Source: Mobula hypostoma (lineage: Eukaryota). Taken from it: 64,000 nucleotides of DNA. The notes beneath the pieces were generated by a model that worked only from the letters and a program-made list of their open reading frames with translations, made no database searches and had not been told where the DNA came from. The DNA lies in assembly GCF_963921235.1 (NCBI RefSeq), contig NC_086108.1, positions 52,268,001 through 52,332,000 of the forward strand, in the 5' to 3' direction. The position numbers were made by a program, and so were the translations under genes. Shown in pieces: positions 23,811-37,969 of this stretch; positions within the stretch are counted from its first letter, which is position 1, and each line of letters opens with the position of its first letter.

Positions 23811-25268
23811 AACTTCCTTGTTATCCCACTGTCCTCACTGTTGTAGAGTATTCAGTGTGCTTGTAACTTCTAATGACATTGATTGCGGAGTGTACAGATA
23901 TATACTTGTGAAGTGTGCGTGAACAGGGAGTTCTTCAACTTTTTACCCACCCTGTGCACAGGATTACGTATGGTGTAACGCATCATAAGCAATGTTCATT
24001 TTTACTGCATCCTTGAGAGTCAAAATCTGCTGATATCAATAAGGTACCCTGAACAGCCAGTATCCCCTAACCTTATTATCATAACTTGCAGCAGTCAGGA
24101 GGGAAGGTTAATTCTTCCTCTAAAAAAGATCATGGTAAATTGATCAACCCATAGGCTCAGTGGAGAGCCACAGGCAGAATAAGAGCAGCTTTGAGAAGTC
24201 ACTATAATGTTACTTTCAGAATGTCTTTGTCATGAAGATGGCAATTTAAGTCAAAATTTCAAGGTCTGCAATAGATTTTAAATTTTGTTAGGGCTTCCAA
24301 ACCAATTCCATGATTGGCAGCATGATCAAAGAGGATTTATTAATCCAAAGAATCCTAGGTATAGTGAAAGAGGGAACTATACATGTCATTTCAACCTTCT
24401 GTGGTCTAAATATTAATAGTACTAACTTGTAGCAGAAAATGAAGTAATTGTGTACAAACACAAAAAGGCGTTCTTTAATCTACAGTGATTAAGAGTTCAG
24501 TGAGAGTAAGAGTTCGGCACGGACTAGAAGGGCCGAGATGGCCTGTTTCCATGTTGTAATTGTTATATGATGTGATTCTATTCAACATAACATGCTTTAA
24601 TGTTGGAGATGCAATGCACCCCTTCTTATCCTTCACTGCATGCTTTGAATGCTCCATTTGACTCTAAAAGCTCAGTATGATATACTGTAAACCTAATGTT
24701 TTTAACACCAACCGGTTAATCAATGCTGCTTGCTTGCACAATTAAATTACCTAAACGCCTTTGGCATTTCTTAACAGCTTAACACTATTGAGAAAGTGAT
24801 CCATTAATGTTCTGCAATTCAGCATAAGTGAACAACTGTGCTGATGGGTGATTAATTACAGAGTATTGCATGATTTTGCAGAATGTATTTATGAAAAGGC
24901 CATCATTGCTGCCCATGAAGGTGGGTGAAGAGCACACCAAGATTGATAATTATAACATTAGAATGAAATAAGCTGTTTCTTGAAGAGGTGAATGAATCTC
25001 AACTTCATAGAAATCCTTCTCCTTGACTCTTCTACTGTTTAATCCTTATTGTACTGACACCAAAGTTATAAACCGGGTCCTCAAATAATTTCAATATTGA
25101 ATATTGAAAAACTGCATATTCTGCATCGTCAATGCAACTTGGTTGTTTCCAACTGTCTTTGCCCTTAAGTGGTCCTCTGTGTCTCATTAAATGTAAGCTA
25201 AATAATTGCTGTTTCTTTTTTTCCTTGCAAAACTGAAATTTCTTCCACTGATAACCACCCCTATGTAG

Positions 25269-25511
25269 ACATGACCTTTTCTGGATCTAGCCCTGATATG
25301 TCTTCACGTGCACAACAAGGCGGCTCTTCATCACAATCACAGAATGCACTTCGGCGGCAGTTGAGTGGTGCCAATAATCTGCAGACCCTGATAGCCTCCA
25401 ATGGTGCCAGCACTGCACTCTGGGGTGCAACTGATCAACCAGTGAGAATGAATACACTTGGAGATGTCTCCTCTGGATCATCAGGATACCAGTCAGGGAC
25501 AAACATGGCAG
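25269..25511 (+). CDS. PDE4DIP: Myomegalin exon (243 nt, phase 1-1) containing LWGATDQPVRMNTLGDVSSGSSGYQSG
   Basis: atgtag acceptor, G|gtaaga donor, conserved GDxSSGSSxYQ motif. Confidence 0.88.
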
Positions 25512-26977
25512 GTAAGAAACATTTTTGGCTCTGGCCATTGATCAGAAGCTACATATGCTTAAAGATTACTGTTGACAGCATGAAAATGATCAAAGGAAGA
25601 TCTGTACTAAGGATCAAAGTTGAATCAATTGCTGCTTTTTAAAATTATATTAATTCCTCTGTATGGTTATGTTGGAAGTGGTTTCTCTGCACTGTGGGAA
25701 GGGGGGAAAAAAAGAAACAAGCCAGAATCAAAACAAAATGACTCTGATAAATATGTTTGTGTGTACTTGTATGAGCAATGCTGGAGGAATGAATGATTTT
25801 GGTTCTCTGGTTCACATACCTCTTGTCCAGCTGTGCAGAGATATTTTAAGGTAGTAGGACAAGTTGTGTGGGTAGTCTGGAAAAACAAGGTTTGTGGTCC
25901 TTCAGCAGGGAAGGCCAAGAGAAGAATGGTTAGAAGAATCTAAAAACATTAAGGATTTCAATAGAGGAAATAAACAGACATTTCCAGTGGCTGTTCGTTT
26001 AAAAACCTTTGGTTAAAGTAACTGCTAATAGAACCAGGGGAGACTAGAGGAAAATATTAATATGCAATAAGTTATTAAGATTTTAACATTGTCTTGTAGA
26101 ACAATCAATGTAGACTGCATCAAAGGAGAACTGAATATGTAGGAGATCTATGGGGAAAACAGAACAGTGGAACAAAAATTGGAATTTTCTTCAACAGGAC
26201 TGCATGGACACAGTGGGATGAGTGGCATTTATCTGTGTTGTATCATTCTATAATTGATTCATTTCTAGAATTGATAGACTGGTTGCTATAATTAATCAAA
26301 AATCTAATTATTAATGTGCCCAGCATAATGGTTGAGCACCAATCAGATGAATGTTAATCTATCTTCAGTAATTTTTAATGTTGTCTGATACCAGCCTTTT
26401 GTGGTCCTTTTCAGCTTTCTGTGAAAAAAGGCAATACCAAAATATATTATTCCTTTGGTTAAGACCATTGTGTTCCATATCAAGACAGGCTACTGGTGTT
26501 TGAGTGAAACTTGTCTAACTGTTCTGTTAAATATATTCCTGGTTGGGTTTCCATGTAGTCAATCCCATGTTCTATCCCTTCTAATATGCCTGGCTCTTGT
26601 AAAGAAGAACTGGAGATGACAAATTTTATCAGCAGTGTTGGGACCTCCCTTAATCAGAGCTCCTGATGTTCACAGTATGTTCCGTCATGGCAATCCCTAC
26701 CCATGCTCACTTCAACAGCATTGCCTTTGATTTTAATTCAAATTATGTGGCTGTGAGAAGCAAGCATATTTTATATAATAAAAATGTTCATAAGTAACAC
26801 TTGCTAAAATTATACATGAATGTCCTTCAATTTGATGTTGTTTTTCATTTGCAATCTCAATGTAATCAGAGTTGTCCTCTCTCACCTTTACCATTGCAGT
26901 TTCTAAACTATAGTTCATGTGGCATGAACCCTAAACCCCAGCCACTGTGAGAAAGAATTGCAGATTTATTGAAGAGA

Positions 26978-27635
26978 CTTCCCTCCTCCACAACTGAGAT
27001 GTTCTCCTCCTTTAAAGAAAGGGGCTTCCCTTCCTCCACCATCAACACTGCCCTCACCTTCATCTCTTCCATTTCACACACATCTGCTCTCACCCCATCC
27101 TGCCGCCACCACACCAGAGATAGAATGGCTCTTGACCTCACCTACCACCCCTCTAGCCTCTGCTTCCAGCACATAATTCTCCGTAACTTCCACTATCTTC
27201 AATGGGATCCCAGCACCAAGAACATCTATCTCTCCCCGCCCGCCCCCCCCCCCACTTCCCACTTTCCGCAGGGATCACTCCCAACATGACTCCTTTGTCT
27301 ATTCATCCCTCCCCACTGATTTCCCTCCTGGTATACTTATCCTTGCAAGTAGAACAAGTGCTACACCTGCCCCTACATCTCCTCCCTTACCACCATTCAG
27401 GGACCTTCCAGGTGAGGCAACACTTCACCTAAGAGTCTGTTGAGGTCATCTATTGTATTCGGTGCTCCCACTGTAGCCTTCTGTATATTGATGAGACCCA
27501 TCGTAGATTGGGAGACTGGTTTGCTGAGCACCTTCCTCAGTCTGCAACAAAATGCAGGATAGCCCTTCTATTTCAATTCTACTTCCCATTCCCATTTTGA
27601 CCTGCTGAGTTCCTCTAACATTTCGTGTGTGTTAC
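26978..27635 (+). mobile_element. Penelope-like element fragment (RT thumb/linker plus GIY-YIG endonuclease)
   Basis: FKERGFPSSTIN..., VIYCIRCSHCSLLYIDETHRRLGDWFAEH, followed by the terminal cctgctgagttcctc motif. Confidence 0.85.
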
Positions 27636-28751
27636 TGAAGATTTATGGTTTTATTTCTCACTTGCTGCTCTGTAGGTTTGGAAAAGCTACTTTGTTTGAA
27701 ATGTTAATTGGTGAACATTCCTAATTGGAACTTCAATTCATTTCTCTAATATAAGAGACTTAAAACATAAAGGGAACATTTTGTAATTCCCTAGCTTCCA
27801 TTGTTTCAACCACCAATAAAAAATGGTACTTGTAATCACTGTCTACAGGAGATTTTCCAGAGCCTGATAATAAGTCTGTGGCATAAAAACAGCATGTTTT
27901 TTAATGTAGTGATAATGTAAGAGAAACTGAATTATGTGGGATAATTCTCTCCACTCCTCCATTACTTTACTCATCTGTTTCCCTTGTCAACCCTCACACA
28001 CCCATCTACCACATTGTCCTGCTACATTGCAACTAAAGTAAAAGCAGAATTTTATCCTGGATTAATGTTACCTATGTGTTTAATGCAAAAGATCACAAAT
28101 CACATTTTGAAGATAAAGAAAGGACATTTTATCAGCCCATACTCATAATATTAATCCTCTTGCCAACAGTAATAAATAAGACAATAATTTATTAATAACT
28201 TGCAGGGCCACATTATGCCAAATTGATTTAGTGCTTTTGTGGTAATGACTTTTAAGTGCTATTTCATTCTCTATTTTTCTGGTATATATAGTGATATCTA
28301 CAGCTTAAGTTTATAAACATCAGGTTTGATATTGATTTTATTCCACCGTCTACTTAATAAGTCTTTGAATGGCCTAGAGTGCAAAAAAGCTTCTATTTTG
28401 CTCCTGAATCTAATATCTTATATCAATGTAAACCGGTGCAACATTGTATAAAGTTACTGGATAGCTACATGTGCTATAACTACACTTCTGTTTCCAAATA
28501 GGTGACTTTCTAGAATTCATTAAGTATTCTCCTCCCATTTACATCTCTCCTAAATGTCCATTATTGTTACAGTCATAAGTAATAAATTATTAAATACAGT
28601 TTTGAACAGGAAACTGGTGACTGTCCCTCAATATACAAATGTTTGTACATCAAAGCCTTCAGAAGATATGAAGAAACAGAAATTATTAAAATTAAGTTTT
28701 TGATAAAATTGCAAATACTCATTACGATTACTTTATCTGTTTTTCATGAAG

Positions 28752-28883
28752 GTGCAGAGTTATTGGAAGAACACTTTCGGGAAATTCGTGTGATGCGTCA
28801 GCGTCTAGAAGAATCTATCCACACAAATGATCAACTCAGGGAGCAGCTTGAAATGCGCCTGGCTACTGCAGCCAAACAAAACA
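28752..28883 (+). CDS. PDE4DIP: Myomegalin exon (132 nt, phase 1-1): GAELLEEHFREIRVMRQRLEESIHTNDQLREQLEMRL
   Basis: tttttcatgaag acceptor, A|gtaaga donor, strongly conserved motif. Confidence 0.93.
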
Positions 28884-30088
28884 GTAAGACACTCCCAGAC
28901 ACCTTACTTCTGTTGGCTGTGATAATGATGTCAAGTGGAAATTCTGAAATATAGCGATAGGATGGATATATCATGTGATCCAGCAGTACTGCTCCTCTAA
29001 GGGTGTTGCAATGATTCCTTTTTTTAATCTATCATATTCTGAGAAGAGGTATCTATCCTTTACATAATATTTACACATTAGTATAACTAACATGGGAGAT
29101 ATACTGTAGCAGAGCGGGGAACTGAATAAGAGTTATGTGTACATGCCCTTTAACTGTAACCAAAGCAACCACGGAGAAGGAAGGCTGGAATACATCAACT
29201 GTAATGCTGATATTTTCAGATTCCTCCAGAATATAAGTTCATCGATGTTGTCCAAGAATAACAAAACAAGTAAGTGAAAGGAGAAGTTAAAGTTAGTTTG
29301 CACACTGGATGTCTTTTGTTTAATCTTCAGTCTTAGATGAACTGTTGGTCCCTATAGAGAAGTATTGGGAAGAGTAAAACTACCACAAGACTCTAAGCAC
29401 TGTCCAGCTCCTTTAGGCCAAACTAGGGTGCGTGTAACTGGTTCTCAGTTCATCTCTGAACTTGTATTTTTATCTGTTTCACCTTTTGTTACTTCACTTA
29501 TTTCTGCCCCTTTTTCATAACCCACTTTGCTATGGTCTTCCAGGTAGATTTCCAAATTTCATTAGTCTCATAAAATCCTGAATGAGGTTGCAGTCAATCT
29601 GTCATCCAATTCCCTTTTATCTGCATTTTACCTTCTGGTTACCAATCCCTTAAATTTTTAATTTTCATATTTAAGGCCTTATTTAGCTTCACCCTTATCT
29701 CTGTAACTTTCACTGTACCTGAACTTTCTTCCCCACCCACCCCCCAACTCATCATTTTTATTTGCCAACTACCCAGACTCCCGGCTCTGGGATTCCTTAC
29801 ATGTCTCCCCCTTCATCCCCTTTTCCTTCTTTTATATATATGCAGAGCTGGGCTGAGAAGGGGCAAATGGAGTTCAATCCAGAAAAGTGTGACATGATAC
29901 ACTTTGGAATGTCAAACTTGAAGACAGAGGTCAAGACAGCATTAAGTCCTCTTCACTTTAATTATGTTGATAATCATTTTTAAATGAGTGGTTATTTATT
30001 TCAGATGCTGATGAATTGGAATCCTTGATAAAGATTTTACACTCTTGACATTATAATGTCTGACCTATTTCTTTTTGTTTTCTTGTAG

Positions 30089-30211
30089 CTGTTGCACCCA
30101 CTAACATCTATATCCAAGGACTAGAAATAATGACTCAGTTGTCGGATGAAAACCGAACATTGAGGGATGAGATCCAAACTCTCCAGGGCCGGCTTACTCA
30201 AGTTTCCAAAG
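30089..30211 (+). CDS. PDE4DIP: Myomegalin exon (123 nt, phase 1-1): VAPTNIYIQGLEIMTQLSDENRTLRDEIQTLQGRLTQVSK
   Basis: Strong pyrimidine tract plus tgtag, G|gtaacg donor; matches the NxYxQGLE...ENRxLR motif. Confidence 0.92.
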
Positions 30212-30307
30212 GTAACGCCCTGACCAGAGACTGAAGACCTTCTTTAAATGAAGAGTTACTGATTATAAAATGAATTATCCCTCACTAAGTTAAAACATAC
30301 CTTCTAT

Positions 30308-31343
30308 GTCATAGTCATACTTTATTGATCCCGGGGGAAATTGGTTTTCGTTACAGTTGCACCATAAATAATTAAATAGTAATAAAACCATAAATAGTTA
30401 AATAGTAATATGTAAATTATGCCAGGAAATAACTCCAGGACCAGCCTATTGGCTCAGGGTGTCTGACCCTCCAAGGAAGGAGTTGTGAAGTTTGATGGCC
30501 ACAGGCAGGAATGACTTCCTATGACGCTCTGTGTTGCATCTCGGTGGAATGAGTCTCTGGCTGAATGTACTCCTGTGCCCAACCAGTACATTATGTAGTG
30601 GATGGGAGACATTGTCCAAGATGGCAGGCAACTTGGACAGCATCCTCTTTTCAGACACCACCGTCAGAGAGTCCAGTTCCATCCCCACAACATCACTGGC
30701 CTTACAAATGAGTTTGTTGATTCTGTTGGTGTCTGCTACCTTCAGCCTGCTGCCCCAGCACACAACAGCAAACATGATCGCACTAGCCACCACAGACTCG
30801 TAGAACATCCTCAGCATCGTCCGGCAGATGTTAAAGGACCTCAGTCTCCTCAGGAAATAGAGACGGCTCTGACCCTTCTTGTAGACAGCCTCAGTGTTCT
30901 TTGACCAGTCCAGTTTATTGTCAATTCGTATCCCCAGGTATTTGTAATCCTCCACCATGTCCGCCCTGACCCCCTGGATGGAAACAGGGGTCACCAGTAC
31001 CTTAGCTCTCTTCAGGTCTACCACCAGCTCCTTAGCCTTTTTCACATTAAGCTGCAGATAATTCTGCTCACACTATGTGACAAAGTTTCCTACCGTAGCC
31101 CTGTACTCAGCCTCATCTCCCTTGCTGATGCATCCAACTATGGCAGAGTCATCAGAAAACTTCTGAAGATGACAAGACTCTGTGCAGTAGTTGAAGTCCG
31201 AGGTGTAAATGGTGAAGAGAAAGGGAGACAAGACAGTCCCCTGTGGAGCCCCAGTGCTGCTATCACTTTGTCGGACACACAGTGTTGCAAGCACACGTAC
31301 TGTGGTCTGCCAGTCAGGTAATCAAGAATCCATGACACCAGGA
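30308..31343 (-). mobile_element. Rex1/Babar LINE, 5'-truncated, relatively young
   Basis: GAPQGTVLSPFLFTIYTSD, QKFSDDSAIVG, YKYLG..DNKLDW..KKGQSRLYFLRRLRSF...VCWG; 3' tail with a (gtcata) repeat; only about 100 bp downstream of exon 30089-30211. Confidence 0.9.
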
Positions 31344-31699
31344 AAGCATCCCTGGTTTAAGCATTCAAAGAAGAAAGAGTCAGATTCCCAGTTTAACAGG
31401 TCAATGAAGGACACAAGTTTGGTGTTTTATGAAGCAGGGAGAGGGTGGTGGTCAGCTTACGTCCTAAATAATGTGGCCTGGGTGATGGGCAATGGTTTCT
31501 TAATAACCTTTCCCTTCAGACAACCAGGCTTGCAGTCATACTACTATTTTCATACTACTATTTATTCCTAGATTGAATTTAATGATTATTCTGTGTTTCT
31601 GTACTTCAGGCAATTTTAAGGAAGTAGAACAGAAAATGCTGAAAACGTCTGTTGAAAGAGAAACAGTTAATAATTCAGACCAGGCAACTTTCAGAATCT

Positions 31700-32720
31700 G
31701 AGTCAGATTTAATATCACTGACGTATGTTGTGAAATTTGTTTATTCTTTGCGGCAACAGGACAGTGCAATACACATGAATTACTATATGTTGCAATAGGA
31801 AATTAAGAAAAATAGTGCAAAAAGGGAATAAAAAGTGAGGTATTATTCATGGGTTCACGGCCCTTTCAGAAATCTGATGTCAAGGGAAAGAAACTGTTCC
31901 TAAAACATTGAGTGTATGTCTTTAGACTCCTGTACTTCCTCCTTGATGGTAGCAATGAGAAGGGGGCATGTCTTGGATGATGGGGGTCTTTAATGATGGA
32001 TGTTGCTTTTTCGAGACATCATCTTTTGAAGGTGTCCACGATGCTGGGGCGGCTAGTGCCCATGATGGAGGTGACTGAGTTCACAACTTTTTGCAGTTTT
32101 GTCTGATCCTGTGCAGTGGCCCCTCCATACCAGACAGTGATGAAACAAGATACAATGCTCTCCATGGTACATCTGTAGTAATTTATGAGAGTCTTTGCTA
32201 ACATAGCAAGTCTCCTCAAACTTCAAATGAAATAAAGCTAATGTTGTGCCTTCTTTGTAATTGCATCAACGTGTTGGACACAGGATAGAGCTTCAGGGAT
32301 GTTGACATTCAGGAACTTGAAGCTGCTCATCCCTCAATTTATCCTTGACTTGAGCTGTGCCTAGCCGCTAGTCGTGTTTGTAGAGAGTAGAGCAGTAGGC
32401 TGAGCACACATCTTTGAGGTGTGTTAGTGTAGATTATAAGCAAGGAGGAGGTGTTATTTCTGATACACACTGACTATGGTCTCCCAGTGACTTATTGTGG
32501 CAATAGGCAAATAGCAGCGGGTCTAGGTCCTTGCTTAAGCAGGAGATGATTCTGGCCATGACCAACCACTCAAAGCACTTCTTCACAGTAGATGTGAGCG
32601 CTGCTGGGCGATAGTCATTGAGGCACCTCACCTTGCTCTTCATGAGCACTGGTATGATTGATGCCCTTTTCCAACTACAGCAGTGATAGATTGAAGGTGT
32701 CCTTGAACACTCCAGCCAGG
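31700..32720 (-). mobile_element. Older Rex1/Babar LINE remnants
   Basis: CLNDYRPAALTSTVKKCFE, LDPLLFAY, YRCTMESIVSCFITVWYG. Confidence 0.8.
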
Positions 32721-33506
32721 TGGTTCATCTAACCTGCCAAATGTTTCCAGCATCTTGTTTTAATTTCAGATTTCCAGAATCTGCAGTTAAAAAAAAAAAT
32801 CAGTCTTGTTGCCTGATCTCCTGGCCCTTCGGGAATCTAGATAACTTCAGATTTGTCGTACCTGGATCTACAGGGGAGCTTGAGAAGTTGAGCAGCTTCA
32901 TCTCAAGAGCTTAAAGCATCCCTTAGTATGAACTAACACTGTTCAGATAATTTGAATTATCAAACCAATATTGTCCATGTTTTTGTGAATTATCAAATTA
33001 ATCTGTATATTAGGATAATATATATTATTACAGCTTTCAACAAAATTCTTTTCCTTTACGGCACTCTAAAGCCTATCATATTTGCCAATCAGTTGCTCAC
33101 ACCTCCAAATCTGTTTTTGTTTTGAGTGGTATATATTCTTCTTGTTGCAAAACCATAAACTTCAAAAGCTGGAAATCTAAAATTAAAAAAAAGAAAATGC
33201 TAGAAATACTCAAAGCAACGGGGCAAAATCTATAGTAAGAGAAACAGATTGACCCTCAGCATTAACTTGGTTCCCTCTCCACAAATGTTGCCTGACTTAT
33301 ATTTCCAGATTATCTGTTTTTATTTTTCTTTTCTTAAGACTTATGAAGCTTGTTGGAATGTTGTTCCTACCTATTGTCAATCAATAAAAGTTATTTTTAT
33401 TTAATGATAATAATACTTGTTTTAACTAAAAAATTGACTAAATTGAAGTTTAGCAACTAAAGAAAATTATACTTGTTCTGAAATTTGTTTTATTTTGCCT
33501 CTATAG

Positions 33507-33696
33507 AACAGGTTAAAGAAGTGGAACAAATGAAGGGGACCCTTTTAACAACCAGGGCCAGATACAAACTCCTGGAGACAGAGCTACATCACTGGAAGGA
33601 AGAGAACAAGAGGTTGCAAACAGAAGTCAGGGTTAGCCAGCAGAAAGCACAACAACTGAGAGAGGAGCAACAATACAGCCAAACCAAAAATAATAG
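33507..33696 (+). CDS. PDE4DIP: Myomegalin exon (190 nt, phase 1-2), coiled coil EQVKEVEQMKGTLL...QTKNNR
   Basis: ctatag acceptor, AG|gtgctg donor, phase fits the next exon. Confidence 0.88.
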
Positions 33697-34750
33697 GTGC
33701 TGAGACTGATGTTGTTTTCTGTTTTTACCTGGTTTAGTGGCAGCTTATGCTGTTCATTTAACTTGCCCAGTGACTGCATTACATGGAGTTGGATTTCACT
33801 GGACTATCTGTTCCAATCAAATGAGAAAATCAGTAAATGACTGACTAATTCATATGTCAAATGTATGCAGTTAGATGCCACAGTTTATCCAGGGAAAATA
33901 AACTTAATATCCACTGTGATGAGTGTCAATCCTCTTGCAACAAATTCTCAGTTCTATTGAATTGACTGAGTCCACCGTGAATGCAAACCCAAAATACAGA
34001 ATTCATATTGTTAGCAAATTAATTCAAAGATGACAATAATTAGTATGTAGAATACAGATGCAACTTAAGGTTTCAAAGGTTGAAATTGAAAGCTGTTGAT
34101 GGGGAAAGCACAACATTTTGTTTCTCTTCCAACAGTTGCCTATCTTGGAATATTAAATTCTCAATCTTGATCGCTGTGTAAACAGTTTCCTGCCATGATT
34201 ATTCAATCATACATTTACTCTATTTCAGTAAGCAGGGCTTATTACTTTTGTGTTTCTGCTCTTACTTTGAATGTTTGGTGTTTGTATTCTTTGAACAAAA
34301 TCCCCTTCATTGTCCTATCAATACTCTAGCCTCTACTGCCTTGACTGGAGCCTTTCACTGCTGACTGTGATGAAAAAAAAGCAGGGAATGGTTACATTTT
34401 AGATTTAATACACACCACAAAATGATATTCCAAGATGGGATACATCATATAAATCAAAATGGTAGTAAGACGGTGTATAATTAAAGCATCTGTAACTGGT
34501 ATTTTAATGTTATTTACTCCACTGACAATTTGAGGTCATCAGTGTTTTGAAACATAAAGAGCCTGATGTCACAGGCTAAATCTGCAATTGATTTAGACAC
34601 AAAAGGAAAACATTCCTTTTTTTGCTTTTCATACAAACCAATAAACTGGTTTATTAAGTGTTACTACAGAGAAGCAAAAAAATTTCTAAACTGTGAAACT
34701 TAATGTTTGTATTCCTTGTTCTTACATGTTTGATTTCTCCATCCGCCCAG

Positions 34751-34872
34751 GCTATTACAGGAGATGACCACGTTACAACAGCAACTCAAAGAAAGCCACC
34801 AGCTTACTCATTCCCTGGAATCAGAAATTAAAGTGTATGAGAGGATGTATGGAAGAAAGAGAAGTTTCTCTG
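34751..34872 (+). CDS. PDE4DIP: Myomegalin exon (122 nt, phase 2-1): LLQEMTTLQQQLKESHQLTHSLESEIKVYERMYGRKRSFS
   Basis: cccag acceptor, G|gtagga donor; SLxSExxxYE motif. Confidence 0.9.
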
Positions 34873-36229
34873 GTAGGAACTGATCAATTTTAAATGCCAT
34901 CAAATAAATTTTTCATTTTTTTTTTTAAATGCTGCCTATACTGTCCTAAGTATTATAGTGGACAATTCTGAATTCCTCCACACAATTTTTTTTAAATGTC
35001 AGTAGTTTATTTTGACAAATAATATTAATCTGGCCATGTGACTATGGCCACTGATTTACCATATTGCCTGATAATTAACTCTGTTGATGTCAATGGAATA
35101 AAATATCAGGTAGGAAGTATTGATAGGACACCATGCCGCTGTCCAATGCATATTTCTGTATCTGTGGTATGTAACCACTACATTTATTTAGTATGTTCAC
35201 ATAGAAAATTAGCATAATCAAACTGATCTATTCTTGTGTCTTGCCAAACATTAATAAGTTCTTAGTGTACAACGTACTTGATTATGATCAATTTGGGAAT
35301 ACATAATGTATTTGGATTATGGTGATTATTAGCAGCAGCATTTTCTTTTGGGAAGCCATTTTAGTACATCGTTAGTATTCTAGTCCAAAATTATATTTCG
35401 CAAATTGAACCAAAGAAATATCTGAAAATTTAAGGACAGGAAAACACCCAACTAATTTATCAAGACCAATATTTGTACAGAGTTTACATATTTTCTCCAT
35501 CACTGCACAGGTTCCCTTTGGATTCTTTGGCCTTTTCCCCCATCCCAAAGCCATGATGGTAGGCTAAATGCCTTTTAATATTGGTTAATGGCAAAAAGAA
35601 TCGTAGTGAAGTTGATGGCCATGTATGTGCAGAAAGTAGATTACAAAATTACAGGAAAATAAGAGGAGGGTGAAGGAAAAACTTGGGATTGCACCCTGGG
35701 TACCTTACTCCTCTGTCACAGTAAGGATAAGACTTTGCCTTAAATTTAAAGATAAAAACAATCTGTCATATACAGATGTAAGCACATTTAAATCAACTCC
35801 ATGAATATTTTCACTGGTACATTATGCTGTCAAAAGAATATTTGGATTGTATACAGTCCTGATTCAGTACAGCTACTCGGATTTCAACCATTGAAACAAG
35901 TGAATGTAAAATGTAGAGAAAACTGCCAAAGTTTTTCACATTTCATTACTGAAGACATACCTTCCATAATCATGTTTTTCTCAAAAGCCCAGTGCACAAG
36001 TTAAAGTACTTTTAATCACCCTGAATGGCTAAGTTATTAGAAAAAGTTCACTGGCTTTCTTGAATTGTCAATTATATCAGATGCTGGATACAACCCATTC
36101 AAAACTCACACCTGGAAGGCCACTACACCATTCTTTGATACTACAGAGGTTAGCAGTCCATTGAAAATCAACAAATGTCACTTAAACAGGAAAGAATCTC
36201 TGTCACGATCATGTTACATTTTTAGTCAG

Positions 36230-37150
36230 AATGACTAGATTGATAATAAGTCAAAAGCTATGTTAATCTTTATTGCAAGAGCATTTAAGTACAATTGTAG
36301 AGATATTTAAGCACCTTTGGTGAGTCTTCATCTGGGAGATTGTATCTAAGATTTGCCTCTCTACTTGCAGGACAAAGGCAGTGAACAAGGTTCATTCCTA
36401 GAACGACAAGTTTCTTGTATGAGGAGAAGTTGGTCAATCTGGGCTATACTTTTTGGAGTTTTTATAAGGGAGGTGATTGAATCATACAAAGTACTTAAGG
36501 CAGTTATAGTGTAAATGCAAAGAAGTTTCCTTTGCCTTGGGTATTTAGAACTTTAAGTCACAGGAAGTGGCCATTTGGGACAAGGATTAAAAGAAATTTC
36601 TTTACCACAAAGGTAATGAATCTTTGGAATTCTCTAAGAGGGTCATGGAAGTGCAGCTAGTCCATGTATTTTTAAGATACTGAGGGAGTTGAGGGAAATT
36701 GAATTAGCAGAGAAAAGTGCTGCTTGGATAAAAGATGAACTATGATCCTACGGAATAGCAGTGCAGCCTTGAGGAGACCAAAAGATCACCTCTCACTTTT
36801 ATGTTCTTAATCCACTTCACATAATACTGTGAATCAAGCTAGCGTTTTTTTTAGATTTGACTAGGATATAAAAGGGCGCCATTTGGCCATCTCTAAGAGC
36901 ATTCCCATCTATCCCCTTCCCCTACTTATTCCCCTGTAACCTACAATCCCTCACATGCCCATTAATTTAGTACCTCAGTATTTAAGACAAAATTGGATAG
37001 ATTTTTGCATAGTAGGGGAATTCAGGGTTATGAGGAAAAGGTAGGTAGGTGGACATGAATCCACGCTCAGATCAGTCATGATCTTATTAAATGGCGGAAC
37101 AGGCTCGACAGACCAGATGGCCTACTCTTGCTCACATTTTCTTATATTCT
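36230..37150 (+). mobile_element. Old CR1 3' fragments (two tails)
   Basis: Degenerate ORF2 C-terminus and tails ending ...atggcctactcttgctcacatttt cttat. Confidence 0.6.
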
Positions 37151-37969
37151 TAATTTTCTCTGATTCTTCTACCACTTGTCGAGACTGAGGCTACTTTATA
37201 GCAACTAATTTATCAAGCTCCAGTTCCGCTGACAAAGCGACAGTGCACTAGTTTATGGGCTATTTGGTTATTGTAAATTAAGTGATGTTAGGTGGGGGAA
37301 GAAATAAATGGGATAACGGTTTTGATGGTATTGCTCTGAGAGACTGTGTAGATTCAATGGGCTGAATGGTTTACTTCTATGCTGTAAAAACAAATATGAG
37401 CTGGTGTATCCTCTTCTGAGTCCTTTTCTGAGCCATTCTATTGGAGTCTGGCCGGAGGTATTATGGAGGCCTTGCTGAATGACAGATGGAGCTTAGTCCC
37501 AAGAAGCCTACAGATTTTGAAACTACAGGTGCAAGTAAATGTTTATGAAAAAAATAAATTGTGAGATAAAGAGAATGGAGCAGAAGATCTCTGTTTCACC
37601 ATTCAGTAAAATCTTCACAGGTCTAATCTTAGCTGTTGTCTGTTCTTTATAACCTTTTCTTTCAACTGACGCCATCTTTAACTTCAGTTCACTGCAGATG
37701 GATCAGCTTTCTTACGGTCTATTTTGCAATGCAATTTTAGGAAAATTGTGAAATATAATCTTCAATGGGTGTAACTGTTTATCTATGCTCTTGCCTTTTC
37801 TTCAATGTTACATCAGCCAATTCTGCTTAATACCTTTGTACAATGGCCTTTAAGATACAAATGTCAGACCCAAGTTTCTCCTTCTCTAAACCAAATGTAA
37901 AATGCTTTCCATTTTGATCATTCTTCCCATTACACGGTGATCATTAATTCTTTATAAAAAATCAGTCAA

